From Candidatus Poribacteria bacterium (GTDB taxonomy: Bacteria > Poribacteria > WGA-4E > WGA-3G), in contig CAXXUA010000005.1 of the NCBI GenBank assembly GCA_963663765.2, positions 512,001-576,000 on the forward strand: a stretch of DNA of 64,000 nt, read 5' to 3'. Each line of letters opens with the position of its first letter. Position 1 is the stretch's first letter. The translations under genes were made by a program, and so were the position numbers. Below, in pieces: positions 61,258-64,000 of the stretch. The notes under the pieces are model-generated. The model saw only the letters and a program-made list of their open reading frames with translations, had not been told where the DNA came from and made no database searches.

Positions 61258-61899
61258 ATGACTCGCCAACTAAAATGGGGACTCGGTGCCCTCGTCCTAA
61301 TCATATTGGGGTTTGTTGCTTTGCAAATCTATTTGCACATAGACATGAAAAACTTCAGGGAAAGAATTGCCGACAGACCAAAAGCAGAACCCCAAACGCC
61401 AACAACACCAAACGTTGTTTTTAGTGAAGAAAAACCGGTTGATGATCCAAAAGATGATCCGAACCAATCGATAGCACTTCACGAAGTACGGAAGCAGGAG
61501 ACGGTGCAACCAATGGAGATTGGGACCGTGCCAAATCCTGAAGCAATTGTAGAAGAATTCAAAGACACAGATAGACTCAGTCCAGAGGAAGTAAAGACAC
61601 TTTATCACATATTAGATACAGAAGGCTTCAATCCTGATAAACTCTCTCAAAAACAGTTGTTATATCTAAGTAAAGTCGGCTTGCATTGGGATTATCTATC
61701 GTCAGAGCAGCAAAAAGAAGTAGAGCGTGACTTTCATGCCAGATATGGCTTGAATCCGCCGCCCGAGGGATACGAGTATAAATTTCAGGCACCAGGAGAA
61801 ATTACTTTGGATGTGAACGGGGACGCTATCATCTATAAAAAAGGTAACAGATCCATAAAAAAATCATTTGGAGGATATTTATTAAATGCTGCACAATAA
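61258..61899 (+). CDS. Hypothetical membrane-anchored protein
   Basis: AGGAGG ribosome-binding site; N-terminal TM helix LKWGLGALVLIILG. Confidence 0.75.
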   Translation: MTRQLKWGLGALVLIILGFVALQIYLHIDMKNFRERIADRPKAEPQTPTTPNVVFSEEKPVDDPKDDPNQSIALHEVRKQETVQPMEIGTVPNPEAIVEEFKDTDRLSPEEVKTLYHILDTEGFNPDKLSQKQLLYLSKVGLHWDYLSSEQQKEVERDFHARYGLNPPPEGYEYKFQAPGEITLDVNGDAIIYKKGNRSIKKSFGGYLLNAAQ

Positions 61900-63089
61900 A
61901 TCAAAAATCATAACTATAACGATTCTTGACTATAACGATTCTTGTTATGCTCTTTGTAACACCTATTTTCATACAGAAGGCTGTTGCAATATCTATAAAC
62001 CTTGATGTGACTTTTACGGAAACCTCTGAAACATGCAGTTTATCTGGGACTTATACTAAATAAATATACCCAGATGGAACGTATGATTGGGACCCGTATG
62101 AACCAGGGACTGCTGTATTTTCGGTATCAGGTACTGCTGAAGGAAATGGATATTGGTATGTCAATCTTCTCAGCGGGAGAGTGTTCCATGATGGCACCGA
62201 GTTACCCGTATCAATTGATGAGGGTAAAGATGGGAATAAGATTGGAACAGAGGGTAGAATCATACAGCTTCCTCTGATCCCTATTTACAGATCAGGTAAT
62301 AAAAGTTGGATCGTGCATGACACTGTGAGCGGATTGCCACTCAACCCAGGCACATAAACCTGGAATCTTAAAGGCAAATATGAAAAAATAGGGATGTATT
62401 GGAATGGAGTAGACTGGAAAGAGAAAACTGCCACGTTTGATAGTAATACAGGCAGTGGTTCATGGACAATTGTACATAAGAATGTCCAAAATCCGTTGAG
62501 CGTATCGTTTAACAAAACAAACTTCTATTCTGATGAGGAACTTGTCGTTACGATTCAGAGAGAAAACATTCTTTCAGCTTATCTGTGGATAAATTGTGGA
62601 AATATGACAATGGGTTATGCAGGTGATTCGGATAAGATTGTTTTGTCTTCTGGTTTTTCTCACTTGGATTTCTCTGAATCAAAGCATTGGAATGGTCCGG
62701 CTACTATCTATATAAGTTATTATAATTCCAGTGGATACATACATTGGAAAACTTATGATCAAGATATCTCTGTACAAGCAGCACCAACACTAGGTCTGTC
62801 TTATGTTGAAACTTCATCCCGTACACATTCAGTGTCGTTATTTACGAAGAAAAGCGGTTATTCTAAAATTGAGTGGTATTTATACGGACCAAATGATAGC
62901 GGCGACTTTGGTAGACTTTTAGATACGACATCCTCTTCAAGTTCTACGCTTGAGAGAGAGGCAACATTTAGTTTTAGTTTGCCTGATGATGCTGTGGCGG
63001 GATTCTATAAGTTTACTGCAGTTATTACTCCACATGGTTCTTCGTCTGATGCCCCCTATGCTTATTCTTACTTTTTCAGAGTAGATTGA
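61886..63089 (+). pseudogene. Secreted beta-rich protein pseudogene
   Basis: GGAGGA + ATG 61886; a 16-bp tandem duplication (ACTATAACGATTCTTG) shifts the frame; in-frame TAA at 62061 and 62355; same frame as ORF 62394-63089. Confidence 0.7.
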
Positions 63090-63115
63090 TTTTTTATTTT
63101 GATTCTTTTTTAGTG

Positions 63116-63151
63116 AACAGGCAGGTATCCGTATTGGGATACCTGCCTGTT
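63116..63151. terminator. Intrinsic terminator-like hairpin
   Basis: AACAGGCAGGTATCC...GGATACCTGCCTGTT followed by a T-rich tract. Confidence 0.7.
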
Positions 63152-63322
63152 TTGTTTTGTAATGGGAGGTTTTCTTATGGGAGTGAGTCAAGGCGGGAGG
63201 AAGAATACTTTACGCCCTTTCCGCTCACTCCAGATATTCTTTATTAACGTGATCTCGGCAAAAGTCTTTGTAGAGCAAACTGTTAGTTTGTGTTCCACAG
63301 ATGCACAAACTAACAGTTTGTG

Positions 63323-64000
63323 CTACATCGGTTTTATAGCCATTATCCGCACAGATGCAGTAAATGTCTCTTGAGGTGGTAGCACTATCACTCCTGCAGG
63401 AATGCCTCTACTTTCTAAATTGATTGCATCTGTTGGACAAGTATATGGTTCAAAGCAGATAGCATCTCTTCCTGGAGGGGTATACACCACAAGTTCTCTA
63501 AATGATGCATCCGATTCCATCACCATGCCGTACCCAATATCCTTATTCTCAATTAGACACCGACTTACACCATCTACTAACAGAACATCTGTAAAGACAT
63601 GGTCAAGTTTCAACTTTTCAAAAGGTTGTCCATTTCGCAAGTCAAGTACACCATGGACAGCATGACGTTCACCTGTTGGAACAAGAACATCGTCCAAATC
63701 CCAATATTTGTTTGCTGGTACTGTTATCAATGCTTTGGACGCATCAGCTATTCCAGTTGGGTTGACATTAAAATAGGGATGAATTCCGAACCCTACAGGC
63801 ATGTTTCCAGTACCTATGTTTTCTATTTCTACTTGCATAGTTAGCCTTGAGTCTTTTAGCGTGTATGTAATCTGTATAACAAACGGAAACGGAAATTGAC
63901 GAACCACATCGGAATAGTCTTCAGAATTCAGAGAGCATACCAACACTGCACCGTTTTCATCTGCTTCATGTTTGTCAATTTTATAGGGTCGGTTTAACAA
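63323..64000 (-). CDS. Aldose 1-epimerase family protein (5' part outside the window)
   Basis: FPFPF, GFGIHPYF and ICFEPYT motifs. Confidence 0.88.
   Translation of the reverse strand: MLNRPYKIDKHEADENGAVLVCSLNSEDYSDVVRQFPFPFVIQITYTLKDSRLTMQVEIENIGTGNMPVGFGIHPYFNVNPTGIADASKALITVPANKYWDLDDVLVPTGERHAVHGVLDLRNGQPFEKLKLDHVFTDVLLVDGVSRCLIENKDIGYGMVMESDASFRELVVYTPPGRDAICFEPYTCPTDAINLESRGIPAGVIVLPPQETFTASVRIMAIKPM

Noticed and set aside
3256-62357. TAA read-through or alternative genetic code (in-frame TAA at 3256, 62061, 62355)
   Set aside because: Many conserved genes here end correctly at TAA, and the 61886 gene also has a frameshift, so pseudogenisation is simpler.

Overview
A 64-kb window of AT-rich bacterial DNA. 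It most likely comes from Candidatus Poribacteria, inferred from five WD40 proteins (four starting LPEGAxARxG after a signal peptide), PhyH, a sulfatase and dense small repeats. Core genes are gltX-glnS, yvcK-glmM, sppA, a rimK-like ligase, a fatty-acid CoA ligase, a DAG kinase and an S8 protease. Accessory modules are a Dcm + MORC/histidine-kinase + receiver operon, an ImmA/PIN pair, a GmrSD-type nuclease, Fic, Dam with a broken REase, and two IS200/IS605 elements. The main findings are: (1) an 83-nt tmRNA-like gene (32403-32485) with an intact alanine-type tRNA-like domain and its own promoter but no mRNA-like domain; (2) a recurrent integrase-free layout in which cargo lies between an intact gene and a stranded copy of that gene's 3' end (phyH, kinase/NDT, gltX); (3) a candidate methylase-coupled two-component defence system; (4) a pseudoknot/switch-like leader upstream of a solo tnpB; and (5) nested MITE/REP-like repeats. 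All calls come from reading motifs by eye; no database searches were run.
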